Shown: piece after piece, positions 1 through 13,279 of the stretch
Layout of the letters: each line of letters starts with the position of its first letter
Position numbering within the stretch: the first letter of the stretch is position 1
Origin: Octopus sinensis
Lineage: Eukaryota
Direction of reading: 5' to 3'
Length of the DNA stretch: 64,000 nucleotides
Assembly (NCBI RefSeq): GCF_006345805.1
Contig: NC_042998.1
Span: 177,196,001-177,260,000 of the forward strand
Position numbers and translations under genes: made by a program
The notes under the pieces: generated by a model
The model's database searches: none
Told to the model about the DNA's origin: nothing
Seen by the model: the letters and a program-made list of their open reading frames with translations, nothing else

Positions 1-5
1 ATATA

Positions 6-48
<43 letters not shown>

Positions 49-49
49 C

Positions 50-235
50 GCTTTATTAAAGCTGCAAAATTATCAGAAAAACTGTTACACGATTCACGTT
101 CCCGTCTGACGACGGGAACGTGAATCGAGTAACGAGAACGTGTAACTCGGAGCAACAGATAAAAGCATATTATTCTACCTTTGGTATTCGAGTACTAGAT
201 TTTTCTGCCTTGTTTTGCACATAAGTGCTCATCTC
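50..235 (+). mobile_element. Penelope/retrozyme-like terminal stub with inverted arm and degenerate minimal hammerhead (103-134)
   Basis: Inverted repeat GTTACACGATTCACGTTCCCGTC (84-106) / GACGGGAACGTGAATCGAGTAAC (111-133). Plus strand reads cgt-CTGACGA-cgggaacgt-GAA-tcgag-TA-acg. The tail matches 36700-36830. Flanked by (TA)n and (TG)n. Confidence 0.55.
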
Positions 236-250
236 TGTGTGTTTGCATGA

Positions 251-297
<47 letters not shown>

Positions 298-319
298 TGT
301 GTGTGTTTGTGTGTGTGTA

Positions 320-499
320 TTTACTTGTTTCAGTCATTTGACAGTGAGTATGCTGGAGCACTGCCTTTAGTCGAAGAAATCGACCCCCAGATCTTATTAT
401 TTGTAAGCCTGGTACTTATTCTATCGGTACCTTTTGCCGAACAGCTAAGTTACTGGGACATAAACACACCAACATCGGTTATCACGTGATGGTGGAGTG
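320..499 (-). mobile_element. SINE family A, 3' part
   Basis: Reverse complement of the family A tail (CCAGCATGGCCGCAGTCAAATGACTGAAACAAGTAAA) seen at 11064-11462 and 26141-26575. Confidence 0.85.
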
Positions 500-1185
500 T
501 CATGGGTCAAAGACATTTTCAACTTCTTGCCTAATGCGGGCCCAGAGGCAGGTAAACCGCATTTTTTTAAAGCAATTTAAGAGTATCCAGTCGCCTTTTT
601 CCAAATTTGCAACAAACATTAATCAGGCTCCTAGAATTGCTGTTGACTAAAAAAAATTTCCGATGCCGACTCTGGACCCCACCAAAATGCATATTAATCA
701 GATTTGAGTATACTGCACTGGGTTTTATCTTTGTTTTGGGCCACTTTCCGACGGTAAAATATTGACACTACTTCTGCATTATAAGTTTTTGTTCAATTTG
801 GCAGAGGAAATGAGGAGAAAATTAAATTTTTTTGTCAGCTCCCTGTTGATGCTTCATGTTACCATCCTGAGCACCATCATGTACGTGTGTGTGCGGCTGA
901 GTAAAGGCACAAGAAACATATTCATCCATTCTTCAGAAGTGCCCTGTTGATGTTTCACGATTCCAATCCTGCACAATGCAGCATGGCCTGGCAGCATGTC
1001 TGCTTTCTATGTCATTCATGTCTGAACTATACAATGCAAAATGTTCATACAAAAAAACAAACTGTTGTTGTGACTCACAGCCATTTGTGCTTGACTGTGT
1101 GACCACTTCCGGAAGCTACGCTCGCCATCTGCAATTACTCCTCACCCCCTGTGTTCCCTTCCCCGTTTAGTCGGACTAGTAAAAA

Positions 1186-1665
1186 CAGGGTGTCCCAGAA
1201 TTAATGACGATTTTAGTGAAATCGGATGCATTTTTTTCAAAACTCACTTTTATTTATATTTATCATGTTTAATATATGTTAATAATCTATAGATTTTGAA
1301 TTTCGTTTATAATTTTATTTTCATTTCTGTTAAACCCCTCTTATTTATCAATTACAGCTTTTTTCAATTTGGTAGCAATCATTTCCTTTACCTCCATCCC
1401 CAGGATGGAGTAACCGTTTAGCTGAGCTTAGAGAACACACTCACTTAGCAGTGCAGGAGCTAACTCCTGAAATGCTTAAAAATGTGTTTCACAATGCTAA
1501 GGAGAGATTTGAAGTATGCAAGGATACAGACATGTTGAAAATTTTCAATAAAAATTTGAAGTAAGATTTATAAATGTATTTGTTTTGGTAATAAACATAA
1601 AATTCTGTCAGTTTTTGAAAAAATTTGCTCAATTTCATTGAAACAGATAATTCTGGAACGCCCTG
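1186..1665. mobile_element. Non-autonomous Tc1/mariner-type MITE
   Basis: TIRs CAGGGTGTCCCAGAATTA (1186) and TAATTCTGGAACGCCCTG (ends 1665), followed by TA. No ORF. Confidence 0.75.
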
Positions 1666-1798
1666 TATGGTGTAGCGTTGTTGTTGCATTGCTTGAGTGA
1701 ATATTAAAATCAAAGGCTTTCTCGCCGTAAACATCCCATCTTTTTGTTAAGCATATTGTATCAAGGAGTATATTATCCAAGATGTATCTATTCTTTAT

Positions 1799-2061
1799 AG
1801 GCGTGGCTGTGCGGTTGAGAAGCTTGCTTTCCAACCATGTCGCCATGGGTTCAGTCCCACTGTGCGGCACGTTGGGCACTCTTTCACTACAGCTCCGTGC
1901 CGACCAAAGCCTTGTGTACTATACAATTGCTATTACCGTATTGATATATAAAATAATACATACAGGAGGAGAAAATCTATATATACAATAACACTTAGAT
2001 TATGACACCTGAGAAAGTAAAAGTAATTACCCGATCAATGACGGGTATTGCTGCAAGTGTG

Positions 2062-2101
<40 letters not shown>

Positions 2102-2316
2102 CATATACACAGTATGCATGATGCATGTGTTTGTGTCTGTGTCTTTAACAACCGGTATTGGTCTGTTTACCTCTCCGTTACTTAGTGGTTCGGCTAGAAA
2201 ATGACAAAATAACTACCAGAGTTAAAATGAAGTCTTGCGGCCAAACTAGACCACTTAACACTTCAGAGTTGTGCTCCAGCATGGCCAACGTCCACTGAGT
2301 ATAACAAGTCTGAAAA
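1799..2316 (+). mobile_element. SINE family A, decayed and interrupted
   Basis: tRNA-like head 1799-1917 (GGCGTGGCTGTGCGG...GGTTCAGTCCC) and decayed tail 2125-2316. Confidence 0.7.
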
Positions 2317-2857
2317 ATAGCACACGACATTTTGATACTCTACTTGCTACGGTATTATCCCATCAGATGTAGATTGCTACCGCTTTTCTTACCTCTCCTC
2401 ATTCCCTCTTTCTCCTCACCCACCTCTCTAAAAAGCCCTAGAAGAGAGATCATGACTTTCCTCCTGTCACTAAACTATATCAATACAAACAAGTGACTTT
2501 AAAGGTCTACTTCAGTCTATTGCTGCTGCTGCTGCTGCTGCTGTTACCGTTCAGCTTGATTATGATGATTTATGAAAGTACTATTAGCGGCAATGAAGTA
2601 TGGTAGCGTTTAGAGATAATGATGATCGTGATGATGATCATTGCTATTGTTATTATTATCATTATTCAATATTCGGTAGTTTTAAGGCGGCGAGCTTGCA
2701 GAGAATTAGCACGCCGGGCGAAATGCTTAACGACATTTCGTCTATCTTTATGTTCTGAGTTCAAATTTGAGCGCAACTCTAACCTCAGTCTTCGGAAATA
2801 CTCCATCCTCAGTTGCTCTTTCATTTCCTTTTCCTATTATTATTATTATTATTATTA

Positions 2858-2903
<46 letters not shown>

Positions 2904-3048
2904 ATTATTATTATTATTTTTGAATTTAATTTTTTGAATTTTCCCTTTCTTTTAATAGGTTTTGCTGAGGTTTACAGTTTTCGTTATTGCGCAGTTTGTA
3001 TATATTGGAAGGTGCTTATCTCCTTAATTTTTATCGTGCGTTATTATC

Positions 3049-3545
3049 ATTGAGTGAGGGAGTAGTGCATGCCATTAAAGTGACACTGAGGTAAAATATA
3101 CGAAGCCCAGTATACCCATCATGACTACCCGTCTGAAAAGGGTTCACCAGGTACATGCATCACAACCATATGTGCACGACGTGGTGATCTCAAATCAAGA
3201 TAAACAACGCATGACTTTGCAGGTGAGGCCCTGTTAGAATCTTTTTTTAGCTTGAGTAATCCATCCCGCACAAAAGGTTCCTGAATAAACGTTGTTTAAG
3301 GATGTTGAACGAAATACCCATGTTTCCAAAGGTGAATTATCAAAACCCCAAAGAATTCCTTTCAACACATGACTATGATGCTCCTCCACTACTTCTGCTC
3401 GTGATCAGAGATGCACATATTGTCAGCCACTAGGAGACATGCTCAACTGGTTATGGCCATACAAATGACAAGCAAATCTGTGGTATTGAGCAGAATATTT
3501 ACTGTAGGCCATCTTTTATACCAAGACAAAACAATGTACATGATA
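3049..3545 (+). repeat. ~555 bp (ATT)n-embedded interspersed element, copy 1 (right end truncated)
   Basis: Aligns by eye to 18048-18603 and 18677-19236, and to the reverse complements of 3634-4177 and 49167-49708. Strand is arbitrary. Confidence 0.9.
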
Positions 3546-3565
3546 TTATTATTAGTATTATTATT

Positions 3566-3630
<65 letters not shown>

Positions 3631-3633
3631 TAA

Positions 3634-4177
3634 TACCAGGCAGTGGCTCTCATGGCTTGTCATCTTAACTGATTGGAAGTGTTATCATGTACATTTTTTT
3701 GTCTTGGTGTAAAAGATGGGCTACAGCAAATATTCTGCTCAATACCACAGATTTGCTTGTCAGTTGTTTGACCATAACCAGTTGAGCATGTCCCTTAGTG
3801 GCTGACGATATGTGCATCTCTGATCATGAACAGAAGTAGTGGGGGAGCATCATAGCCGTGTGTTGAGAGGGATTCTTTGGGGTTTGAATAATTCACCTCT
3901 GGAAACATGGGTGGTTCTTTCAACATCCTTAAACAACCCTTATTCAGGGACCTTTTGAGCGGGATGGGCTACTCAACCTGAAGAAATTTCTAACTGGGCC
4001 CCACCTGCAAGGTCATGTGCTGTTAATCTGATATGAGATCACCATGTCGCGCACATATGGTTGTGATGCATGTGCCTGGTGTACCCTTATCAGACGGGTA
4101 GTCATGATGGGTATATTGGGCTTCGTATATTTTAGCCCAGTGTCACTTTGATGGCATGAACTGCTCTCTCACTCAAT
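3634..4177 (-). repeat. ~555 bp (ATT)n-embedded element, copy 2 (inverted relative to copy 1)
   Basis: Ends CTCTCTCACTCAAT(AAT)n. (AAT)n on both sides. Confidence 0.9.
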
Positions 4178-4199
4178 AATAATAATAATAATAATTCAT

Positions 4200-5090
4200 T
4201 CGGAATCAATATCCATGATACCGGGTCATAACCAGTTTCCTTAGATTTCGAGGACCTTTCTTAAAATCCTTACTGTTCCTAATAGGGCAGATTTCTATAT
4301 TAATGCAACTCTCGTAATAACGCTAATCTCAAAAAAAAGAACTGTTAAGACTGTTGGCGACGGTACCTCGGGTACCTATAACATCTGACATTACTTTTGT
4401 AGGAACCCTCCACAGTCGTCGTATTTCCCTGGCCAAATTTGGGTATTTTCCTTTACTCCTGTTCTTTGACCGCCACATTCATGTCTCCAGAGATAGAACC
4501 ACATCTTCGATGATGCACTCTCTTTCTCCTTATCCAGAACCATAATATCTGGTCGCTTGGCATGAATTTCGCGATCAGTTTATACGTCAAAACCTAATAA
4601 AATCGTGTCTTGGTCGTTCTCTATTATACTTTCTGGTTGATATTGTACTATTTTCTTTCTACATTAAATCCTCTTTACCGTATAATGTCCCAGCCTTGGC
4701 CAGACAGTCATGTATGCGTCTATGCTCCTTCTGTGCCAAAGGACTACAGGAATTTATGTGCATAACGGATTCCTCTTTTTCATTACATACTCTGCACTTT
4801 GCACATTTGCACATTTCGCGGATTTGTCTATTTTGGGCGACTGGCTTTGAACAGCCATTATGAGTCTTGCGGTCGCTATTCTTCGGCCATAATCAAGACT
4901 CCTCTGCTGTGACGCCCGACGTTCGTCTGAAATGCTAATCCTATAGTTCTTTTCCTCACATTATTTTCTCGCTCCTGTTTTTTTTTTTCTTTTCTTGTAT
5001 TCCGTTGCCGTCTCCGTAGCTTTCTCCTCTTCTCTGACAGCTTAAATCAGTGTTTCGGAGTTACTTCTCGCATACTCTTTTCGTTTATCT
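4200..5090 (-). pseudogene. R4/Dong-like non-LTR retrotransposon, C-terminal zinc knuckle and restriction-like endonuclease remnant
   Basis: Minus-strand fragments read CRVCNEKEESVMHI, TDREIHAKRPD and KSALLGTVRILRKVLEI*, typical of R4-clade RLE C-termini. Frameshifted. Confidence 0.75.
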
Positions 5091-6133
5091 ATAAACAAGA
5101 TACACAAGATGTAGCTAAACGAGAGTATTTTTGTTGTTATAAACTGGATCATAATGCACCAAAAGTTAACCCGCAACATTTACCTGGGTTGAGACAAGAA
5201 ACAAATCTCGTTCTTGAAAAATCCTGATTCATCCGGGTTATCCATTTTACTATAAGATTTGAATGTTTCTTATATTCTTACCCTATATAATGTCCCACAG
5301 CGTTTACAATTCTGATTTAGATAAAATCTGTTACCTGTGTGTTGTATTCTCTGAAATACAACCCCACAATGTATCCAGACGTCCCACACTAGCTCTGATA
5401 AAATATTATTGAAGACACAATGACTCAGTAAAAAGCCTTGTCATCAGATGCCAGTTGCTGGTAGAAAAAGTCTTGAGGTAGTTGTATCAACATCCAGCTG
5501 ACTTATAAAATGACAAAGTGAAAATCAGATGACGTGTAGTATGTCTGACATGATTTTCCATTACAAAAATGACGATACAATATTAATCATCGGCAAAGCA
5601 ATACTAAATCGTTATAATTACATACAGAAGCGAGCTGATAAACTGAGGAGCTGTACTAACTTAGCTTCTGAATTATAAATATTATGGAAATTAAATAGCG
5701 AATGTGGCGTGTGTCTATCGTCTAATTAGTAATTAGCTTGACTAATGAAACAGCGATTTCTGTGAATAAAGTTCATAGAAGAGTTCGGTGGGGTGACTTG
5801 AATGAAATAATCTAACGTCTGAGACACTTGTCCATCTTGAGCGTGTGAGAAAGATAAAGAGAGTGGGAGACTGTGTGAGAGAGAATATAAAGAAGTACAG
5901 TATGATGCTTATGATGCAAATTTGTGAAAGAGAAAATGTATAAAGCAAATGAGTGGCGAGGTGATGGTTGATGTGTAGAAAAGGATGAGGAAATCAATGA
6001 GAAGTGACGTGAATGGTGTGAGGACTGTGTGATGTGAGAAGAAGCAAAATCTGAAGGAACTGGTGTCAAAATTTCTAAGTCCAAGTCACTCGGATTGAGA
6101 AAAAGGTCAGTTGAGGTAATTAGACAGATTATT

Positions 6134-6721
6134 TATATTAGCCACCCCACCCCAATTGGCTTAAGAATTCTCTACCGTTTCCTACAATTTAATCACTTCA
6201 GTCGATACCTTCGATATCTTTAAAGATAGATAAAGATCTGTTAATATCGTTTGGACATTCTCACTTGACATTTGTTAACTGTCAACATTTTTGTTAGATT
6301 CAAACACTTTAATACATGTTTTCCTAGATGTACCTAATTCATGTTTTAGGAAAAGAGACTCTTGACGTATTTCTCACACCTGAAATAATTAAAATTGTAA
6401 CAATCTTACACAGGATCTTTCAAAATTCCACATTTTCTTACTTTTAGTTTGATGCATAAATTTATATATCGTTATAAAGTCGTTAGATCATTTGAAAAAA
6501 TATTTTTGATAAGAAGCCATAAAATGAATAGAGGCCATTGAAAAATACAGATTTAGAGAAATTAATACAGTGTTAGTAACAATATAAGCTTTTAGGTTTG
6601 ATATAGACGGAGGTAGAAAGTTGAGAATTGCCAATAATATCGAAGGTATCGACCGAAGTGATTGAATTGTAGGAAACGGCAGAGAAATCTTTAAGCCAAT
6701 TGAAGTTTGGTGGCTGATATA
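6134..6721. mobile_element. MITE with ~85 bp terminal inverted repeats
   Basis: TATTAGCCAC...CAATTGGCTTAAGAATTCTCTACCGTTTCCTACAAT...GTCGATACCTTCGATAT (6135-6216) is inverted at 6637-6720. Confidence 0.75.
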
Positions 6722-7771
6722 CGTAATGTCGTGAGACAAGAAATTTCAGTTAATAAGAATTACGCACGTAGTGAATAGAAATGTTCGTTAACCTAATTAT
6801 TTATTCTGGTTATGAAAGACAAGAGAGATATCAAGTGGAACATGTTGATGTACAAAATGGAGTTGGTGATTTCATCTCTAGAGAGTGATATAGGGCCGAT
6901 ATCGTCGGAACATTGTACTGGAAGTATCGTGTATCCATCTACATCCACTGTATCTGTATTTCACAGTACTGAATATAAAATACAGCATGTAATGTCTGCA
7001 CCATATGGCTTCTGGTGTCCATTTATAAAAAGGATGTCGGAGTTAATGAGATCATTATCTAAATATATTGGAAACGAAATGTCACCATAACTAAATAATA
7101 TTAATGGGGAATATCTTGTTCGTAGATTGCTAGTTCAGTTAGCTCGGTGACCTAATTTCTACATGAATTGTTTAAATTGGGGTGATGACACTAAACTATT
7201 GTTAAAGCTCTACGTTGAATTAATGATGATTAATAACAATAGATGTTTCTTTCGGGAGAAGCAGCTTTGGGAATACGGTGGAGAAGATTACGGCGATGGA
7301 GAGGAAATATATTGTTTTGTCTATTGAATTTAAATAGCTTCATTCTCTTTTTTTTTCTTTTTACATTTATGGTACACATTTAGCTCTTCAATAAGTATAA
7401 TCTTGGATTACTTTCAATTATAAAATTTTACATTTATACATATTTACATAATGTACAAATATAAAATCGTTGAAGCGTGTCTATATGATTAACTGATACG
7501 TCTAGCGTGATAATATATCGACTACATCGACTCGCCAGTCTGGTAGTACCTGTAAATTTGGTGATGATAGTATAGTCTATTAGATCTTATTTTATTGATC
7601 TCATGAGAATAAAAACGCAAAAATCATCTCTGCAAGATTTGAACACAAAGCATCTAGGAACATGACTAAATATTACAAAACATTTGTTTTTTTTCTTTCG
7701 ATCACGCTACTGATTCTATTAATTCATTACTCTTACCACCCTCTTTAGACCAAATGATATTTTTAATACGA

Positions 7772-8166
7772 ACTAACAGTATCGCCCAGCGTTGCTCGGG
7801 TTTGTTTCGACCCTTTAGAATTGGAGTTTTTGAAAAGTAAAAATTTTGCATTATGTAGCTTGTCATTCTCTTTAAGTGAACATTTTTCTGGTTGAAATAC
7901 ACCGAAAAATGGCGACACAGCAGTCAAAAAATCGTAAAAAAATAGGAAGTTTCATAGCAAAAATGCACCTTTTTGATGTAAATAATTTTTGGTGTTAACA
8001 TGGTCCGATTTGAAATTTTTATTCAACGGAAAGAAGAGCAAACCTTCTTCTATCATACTCTCAATTTTGGTCAACTTGCGCCGCAAGGTCCCGGAGGAGA
8101 TAGTATTAGTTGAAGGCTACTAAACCTGCCATACACAGACAACTTCAGCTTTATATAGAGAGAGAT
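7772..8166 (+). mobile_element. Helentron/DINE-1-like non-autonomous element (HINE)
   Basis: Starts ACTAACAGTATCGCCCAGCGTTGCTCGGG (short hairpin) and ends CAGACAACTTCAGCTTTATATAGAGAG..ATT, the typical HINE end pattern. Confidence 0.55.
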
Positions 8167-8249
8167 TATGATATCCATCCCTTTACTGTCAGTATAAAGC
8201 AAGAAATTTCAAATGGAGCAGGCATCTCGTTAACAATTTCAATTTAGTT

Positions 8250-9190
8250 ACTTCTGATATTACAGAAAAACCGATGCCTGTATAATGTCGACTTATCTGC
8301 AGTGTCTAAACAGCCTACGTTGAAGATGTGTAGTACACAGGTCTACTAATGTCTAGCTGTAACATATATCACACGAACGTAACGAAAACTAAAATTTCTG
8401 CTTTGAGATTTCATCAACGATTACATGTTCCAAAGAGCATTCTTCGGATCCAGTAGACAATTCTTTAACATGGACAGCTTCTTTTGCAGGTTCGGATTCA
8501 CAAAATGGAAGCTAAAAGCGTCTTAAATAACATTTTATTATATAGTGGTATGGGCAGCTCGTGTATCAGTTTCTTTCTGTATGATACTATTCCATCATAA
8601 TCTTTGTGGAAAAGATATATACTTGATTCACAACCGGACAATTCGTTAAAGAGTTGGCCGACGATTTCATCTCAATCGAAGGAGAGGGGCTTTCTCTGTC
8701 CGGGTTACGGATCCGTGGATAAGCTGCTGGACGAGATAGTGAAGATGCCGACGACCGCTCGGTTCAAAGTCTCTCTTGACTAGAAATGGCCTGAACTCTT
8801 TGCATGAACACCCTCCCTGTACATAACTCCATGTCCCCCTACATGGCCTTGCTTTTTGCTTTTTGAGACAAAAAAATTAACTTAACTTAGTCGGATAAGA
8901 AATCTAGAATTGGGCGTTCTCATTAGAACTGCACTGACTATGACAACCATATTTAACTTACAAGCCCTAAGTACTACGAGATCCTGTATAAGTTTGCAGT
9001 GCTGTGCTAAAATAATTTCTCATGGAAAACTTGAAATAGAGCTTTTGCAGTGTGGAATGATATTAAATTACGTTTATGCCTTTCTCGAATACATTAGTAG
9101 TTTCTCAGCGCATTTACGTTGCCTGTAGAAGGATTTTCACGGGCTGTTTTATTAGCACAAGAATAATTCTAGATTTAAATGGGAAAAATA
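8250..9190 (-). mobile_element. Decayed 5' region of a LINE, probably R4/Dong-like
   Basis: Shares a ~70 bp leader (9117-9187) with 14807-14879, which lies upstream of the R4-like ORF remnant at 13280-14640. Confidence 0.45.
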
Positions 9191-10130
9191 AATCATTTTC
9201 TGTAAGGAGGAAGTATAATTGGTGGAATTAACTTCAGCACATTCTTATTTATATATGAACTAAATAGTTTTACTGCTAACTCACTGCTCAACGCGCAGCT
9301 AAATATTAACCATTCCACAGGCAAGGTTTCGAGGTCCCTTTAGAGATTAAATTAGATGTTATTTTCCATGTGGTTAAGCTTAATAGCTTTTGGGATGTCA
9401 TATAATGGGTTTCGGATGAAATGAGTTCCCTGTGCGTAGGGTTGGTGCTGTCAGAGGTGGAAGAGCTAATGAAGGCTGAAGAACGTGTAATTGAGTATTG
9501 AGAAAGTTCTATATTATGAGGCACGAACCTTGAAATATTCTAGCCAAGAAAGAGTTTATTAACGTCGTTTCGAAGAAAGTTAATTAGACAAACAAAAACG
9601 GAAAACAGACGAAGTCAATAGAGCCATAAATTAATATTTATACCGTAGCTTCTTTTTCATAATGAATAAAAGTTTTATAATTATGGGGCGGTGAGTAAAG
9701 GAAGCCGTGTGACCTTAACTGAATTTAGGAATAAACTAAACTTTGAAGGATCCTCTCAAAATGTTATACAGTTTTTCATTCGTTAATATTTTATCATAAT
9801 TTATATTTAAATAATAATTTAACCCAATTAGCCAAATTAATAAGTAACATTAACGAAATAGACTCAACAGTTCATTTTCCAATAAATTTAGGGAGGTAGG
9901 TGGGCAAAGTCATTAGACCATCGAACAAAATACCATGTAGTAGTTATTCCAGTCTCTTACGTTCTGAGTTCAAATGCTGCCGAGATCAATTTTAACCCGT
10001 CATCTTTCTGGGTCGATAAATAAAATACTAAGCAAAAACTGGATGGGTATCGATTTTATCGACGATTTCATCCACCATAAACCTGTGACCATGTTACACA
10101 TCGTTAGTTACACAAGTTTGTAGTATTTTT

Positions 10131-10520
10131 TTATCTTTTACTTGTTTCAGTCATTAAACTGCAGCCATGCTGGGGTACCGCCATCACGAATTTTAGTCGA
10201 ACTAATCGACCTCAGGAGTTATTTTCTTTTTAAGCTTGGTACATAGTCTATCGTTCGTTTTTGTTGAGCCACTAAGTTACGGAGACACAAACACATCAAC
10301 ACTGGTTGTCTAGCGGTTATGGTGGGAAACAACCACACACACATACACATACACATACACATACACAGGGCTTCTTTCAGTTTCCAATTACCAAATCCAC
10401 CTACAAGGCTTTGGTCGACCCGAAGCTATAATAGAAGGCACTTGCCCGCACTTGTCCAAGGTGCCACGCAATGATACCATGTGGTTGGGAAGTAAACCTC
10501 GTACCACACAGCCACACCCA
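10131..10520 (-). mobile_element. SINE family A
   Basis: Full reverse-complement copy with internal (CA)n. Confidence 0.85.
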
Positions 10521-11063
10521 CACATAATTTTTTATAGTTTTGTTTAAATATCAATTCTTACTAGATTTTCTTGTTATTTTCTTTATTTTCAGCATGATTC
10601 CATGGCGTATGGCCTTCCAGAGTCAAAATCTTCCCCCGATTGGGATATGCTTTTCTCAAATGTTAGCAGTATCGCTGACTTTATCAGACGTTGAAATTGG
10701 TGGTTTCCATTCGACGAGAGATGACCTCTAACTCGACAGAACCTCCAATAAACTGTGCCATATAATATTCGTATCTTAACTTAGGATCACAACCTGAGAT
10801 ATGTTTAGAAGGAATGAGACTATGTGATATTCATGCCTTTTCTTAAAGTACTTCAACACTGTATGAGAAGTAAAATTTCTTACAATTCCTGTTTTTCAAA
10901 ATGCAAACTCATTATTGATAAATATAAAGTTCGCTATCTTTTTGACAAGATCTTAATATGTCACTGCTACACACATGATTGTTGTTCCTGTTGTTAAGCT
11001 CTCACTCATCTCTGATCAAGCAGACATAGGATTCCGGCCATGCCCATTCCATCATTTATTTCA

Positions 11064-11462
11064 GGCGTAGGAGTGGCTATGTGGTAAGTAGCTTACTTAC
11101 CAACCACATGATTCCGGGTTCAGTCCCACTGCGTGGCACCTTTGGCAAGTGTCTTCTACTATAGCCTCGGGCCGACCAAAGCCTTGAGAGTGGATTTGGT
11201 AGACGGAAACTGAAAGAAGCCCGTCGTATATATGTATATATATATGTGTGTGTGTGCATGTATGTTTGTGTGTCTGTGTTTGTCCCCTTAGCATTGCTTG
11301 ACAACCGATGCTAGTGTGTTTATGTCCCCATCAATTAGCGGTTCGGCAAAAGAGACCGATAGAATAAGTACTGGGCTTACAAAGAATAAGTCCCGGGGTC
11401 GAGTTGCTCCAGCATGGCCGCAGTCAAATGACTGAAGCAAGTAAAAGAGTAAAGAGTAAGAG
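11064..11462 (+). mobile_element. SINE family A (tRNA head, CORE-like domain, internal TA/TG microsatellite, LINE-like tail)
   Basis: A-box TGGCTATGTGG, B-box GGTTCAGTCCC, CORE-like GGCACCTTTGGCAAGTGTCTT, tail ending (AGTAAAAG)n. Confidence 0.9.
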
Positions 11463-11735
11463 TATTCTATATCCAGGATTATATTATCTTTACAAAATAG
11501 CAAGATTAGTTTTGAGAAAGATCTGGCTGTTATTTCTTGCATATAGAACGATCATATGGGTTTTCCTTGACGTATTTCGTCCCATGGTGATATACCTGTA
11601 CTTTTTCAGGTTCACGTACAAGCAATCCATTTACCAAAGGACTTAAAGAAAGGCTGAAAAAAATTAATAGATACAAAAATCTGAATGTTGCCAGAAGACT
11701 GACCAGAAATCTTCACTGATTCATAATTATAATAA

Positions 11736-12263
11736 CTAGCGGACCCGTGAATATTTCACGGAATGAATGGTAAATTTATTGAGTTATTTCAGAAAGTTTT
11801 GTCCAAAAAACCTGAAAGCATAACCTGAGTTGTGTCTGTATCAAAAGATGGTCGCTCATCTAATCATTGAAAAGTGAAGGAAACTAGAAAACGATGATTA
11901 CTTATCGCACTTTATATATACACTTTATATACTTTATGCACAATTTTAGAGACTTAATACACAGTACTCTCCCTCTTTCTCTCTCACTCTTCACCTTTCT
12001 CTCTTCTTCTGTCTCCTTTTTCTTTCGCTCTTCGCCTTTCCCTTCAACTAGTCACGTGAAAGCGTTACAGACTGGCTAAGCAACAGAGGAAAAAAATACT
12101 TAGTTCAGAAAAGATTACGCACTTCACTCACCATTACCACCTCTTCCACCCCTCTCCCTCACCCCTCCCCTCCCATCCTCATCTAATCTCCCCTTCAACT
12201 AATCACGTGGAAGCGTTACGGACGGGCTAAGTAACGGGTGGCAAGCAGAATTATTATAAGATT
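11736..12263 (+). mobile_element. Helentron/DINE-1-like HINE with internal direct repeat
   Basis: Starts ACTAGCGGACCCGTGAATATTTCACGG (hairpin) and ends AATTATTATAAGATT. A ~45 bp direct repeat lies at 12041-12085 and 12192-12236. Confidence 0.55.
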
Positions 12264-12852
12264 CTTTGAACTAAGAACCTTTTCGAGTAAAAGAATGAAA
12301 AGATATAATGTCCATAGCTCATCGAAATGCATTACATTAGAATCCTAAGTGAAATTAAATGGTTTCAACCGAGAATGGTTTCAACCACTTCACTTAAAAC
12401 TTACTTATTGTCGTGGTGCTCTCACCCCAGTGGTACCATGTATAATCAAAATTCTTCTGCAGAATCGGTACAAATGCGATAACATTTCTTTGCCTTCTGA
12501 CTTGAAATCCCACCGAAGTTGATTTTGTGTTTAATCCTTCTGAGAGTCGAAAAAATACGTAGCAGTCAGTTTCTGGGATCAGATGCTTCATCTCAAAAAA
12601 TGCCTGCCTTTATGTCTATGTTAGATATCATTATTATTAATATTGGTATTGAGAAGGTGGAGTTTTAGAAATAGTAGATTGCTGGATAAAATGCTTTCAG
12701 GCACTTAGGCAGATACCAGTACGTTCTAAGTGAAAATGGATTATACATTTTATCCTCCTACAGGGCGATAAAACAAGTGTCAGTCAAGTACCGAGATATA
12801 TACATTGATTATACCATTTCTTCGCTAATTTGTATCCTGTTGAATTATAAAA

Positions 12853-13072
12853 ATATTGGTTTCAAATTTTGGCACAGGACCAGCAATTTCGTAGGAAGGG
12901 TCTAGTCGATTACATTGGATCCAGTGTTCAACTAGTATTTACTTTATCAACCCCGAGAAGATGAAAGACACAGTCGACCCCGGTAGCAATTATACACAGA
13001 ATGTAAAGTCGGAAGAAACGCTGCTACACATGTTGTCCAATGCATTAATGATTCTGCCAACCGACCGCCTTT
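12853..13072 (-). mobile_element. SINE family B, old copy
   Basis: Decayed match to TTTATCGACCCCGAAAGGATGAAAGGCAAAGTCGACC. Confidence 0.75.
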
Positions 13073-13279
13073 GAATTTCTGTTAAAGAAATGACAGTCGA
13101 TTTAATATCAAAAGTTAAGCAGAGTCACAGACTGGTTGATTCCTTTAGAAACGATTTCTAATAGAGGAGGCAATCGTTCTGTTTTCAGTTACAAGGATGG
13201 GGATAGTTAACCACATGTGTGTGAGCATTTTAATGGCAGCAGCTAAGGTAGCGAGTACTTTTACCATTACTTGTGTGGA

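Noticed and set aside
500-1180. Possible DNA transposon fragment with a ~100 bp-spaced short repeat
   Set aside because: No termini or convincing protein motif identified.
11064-11140. tRNA-like sequences at SINE heads
   Set aside because: A/B boxes are present, but there is no full cloverleaf and they continue into SINE bodies. Not tRNA genes.
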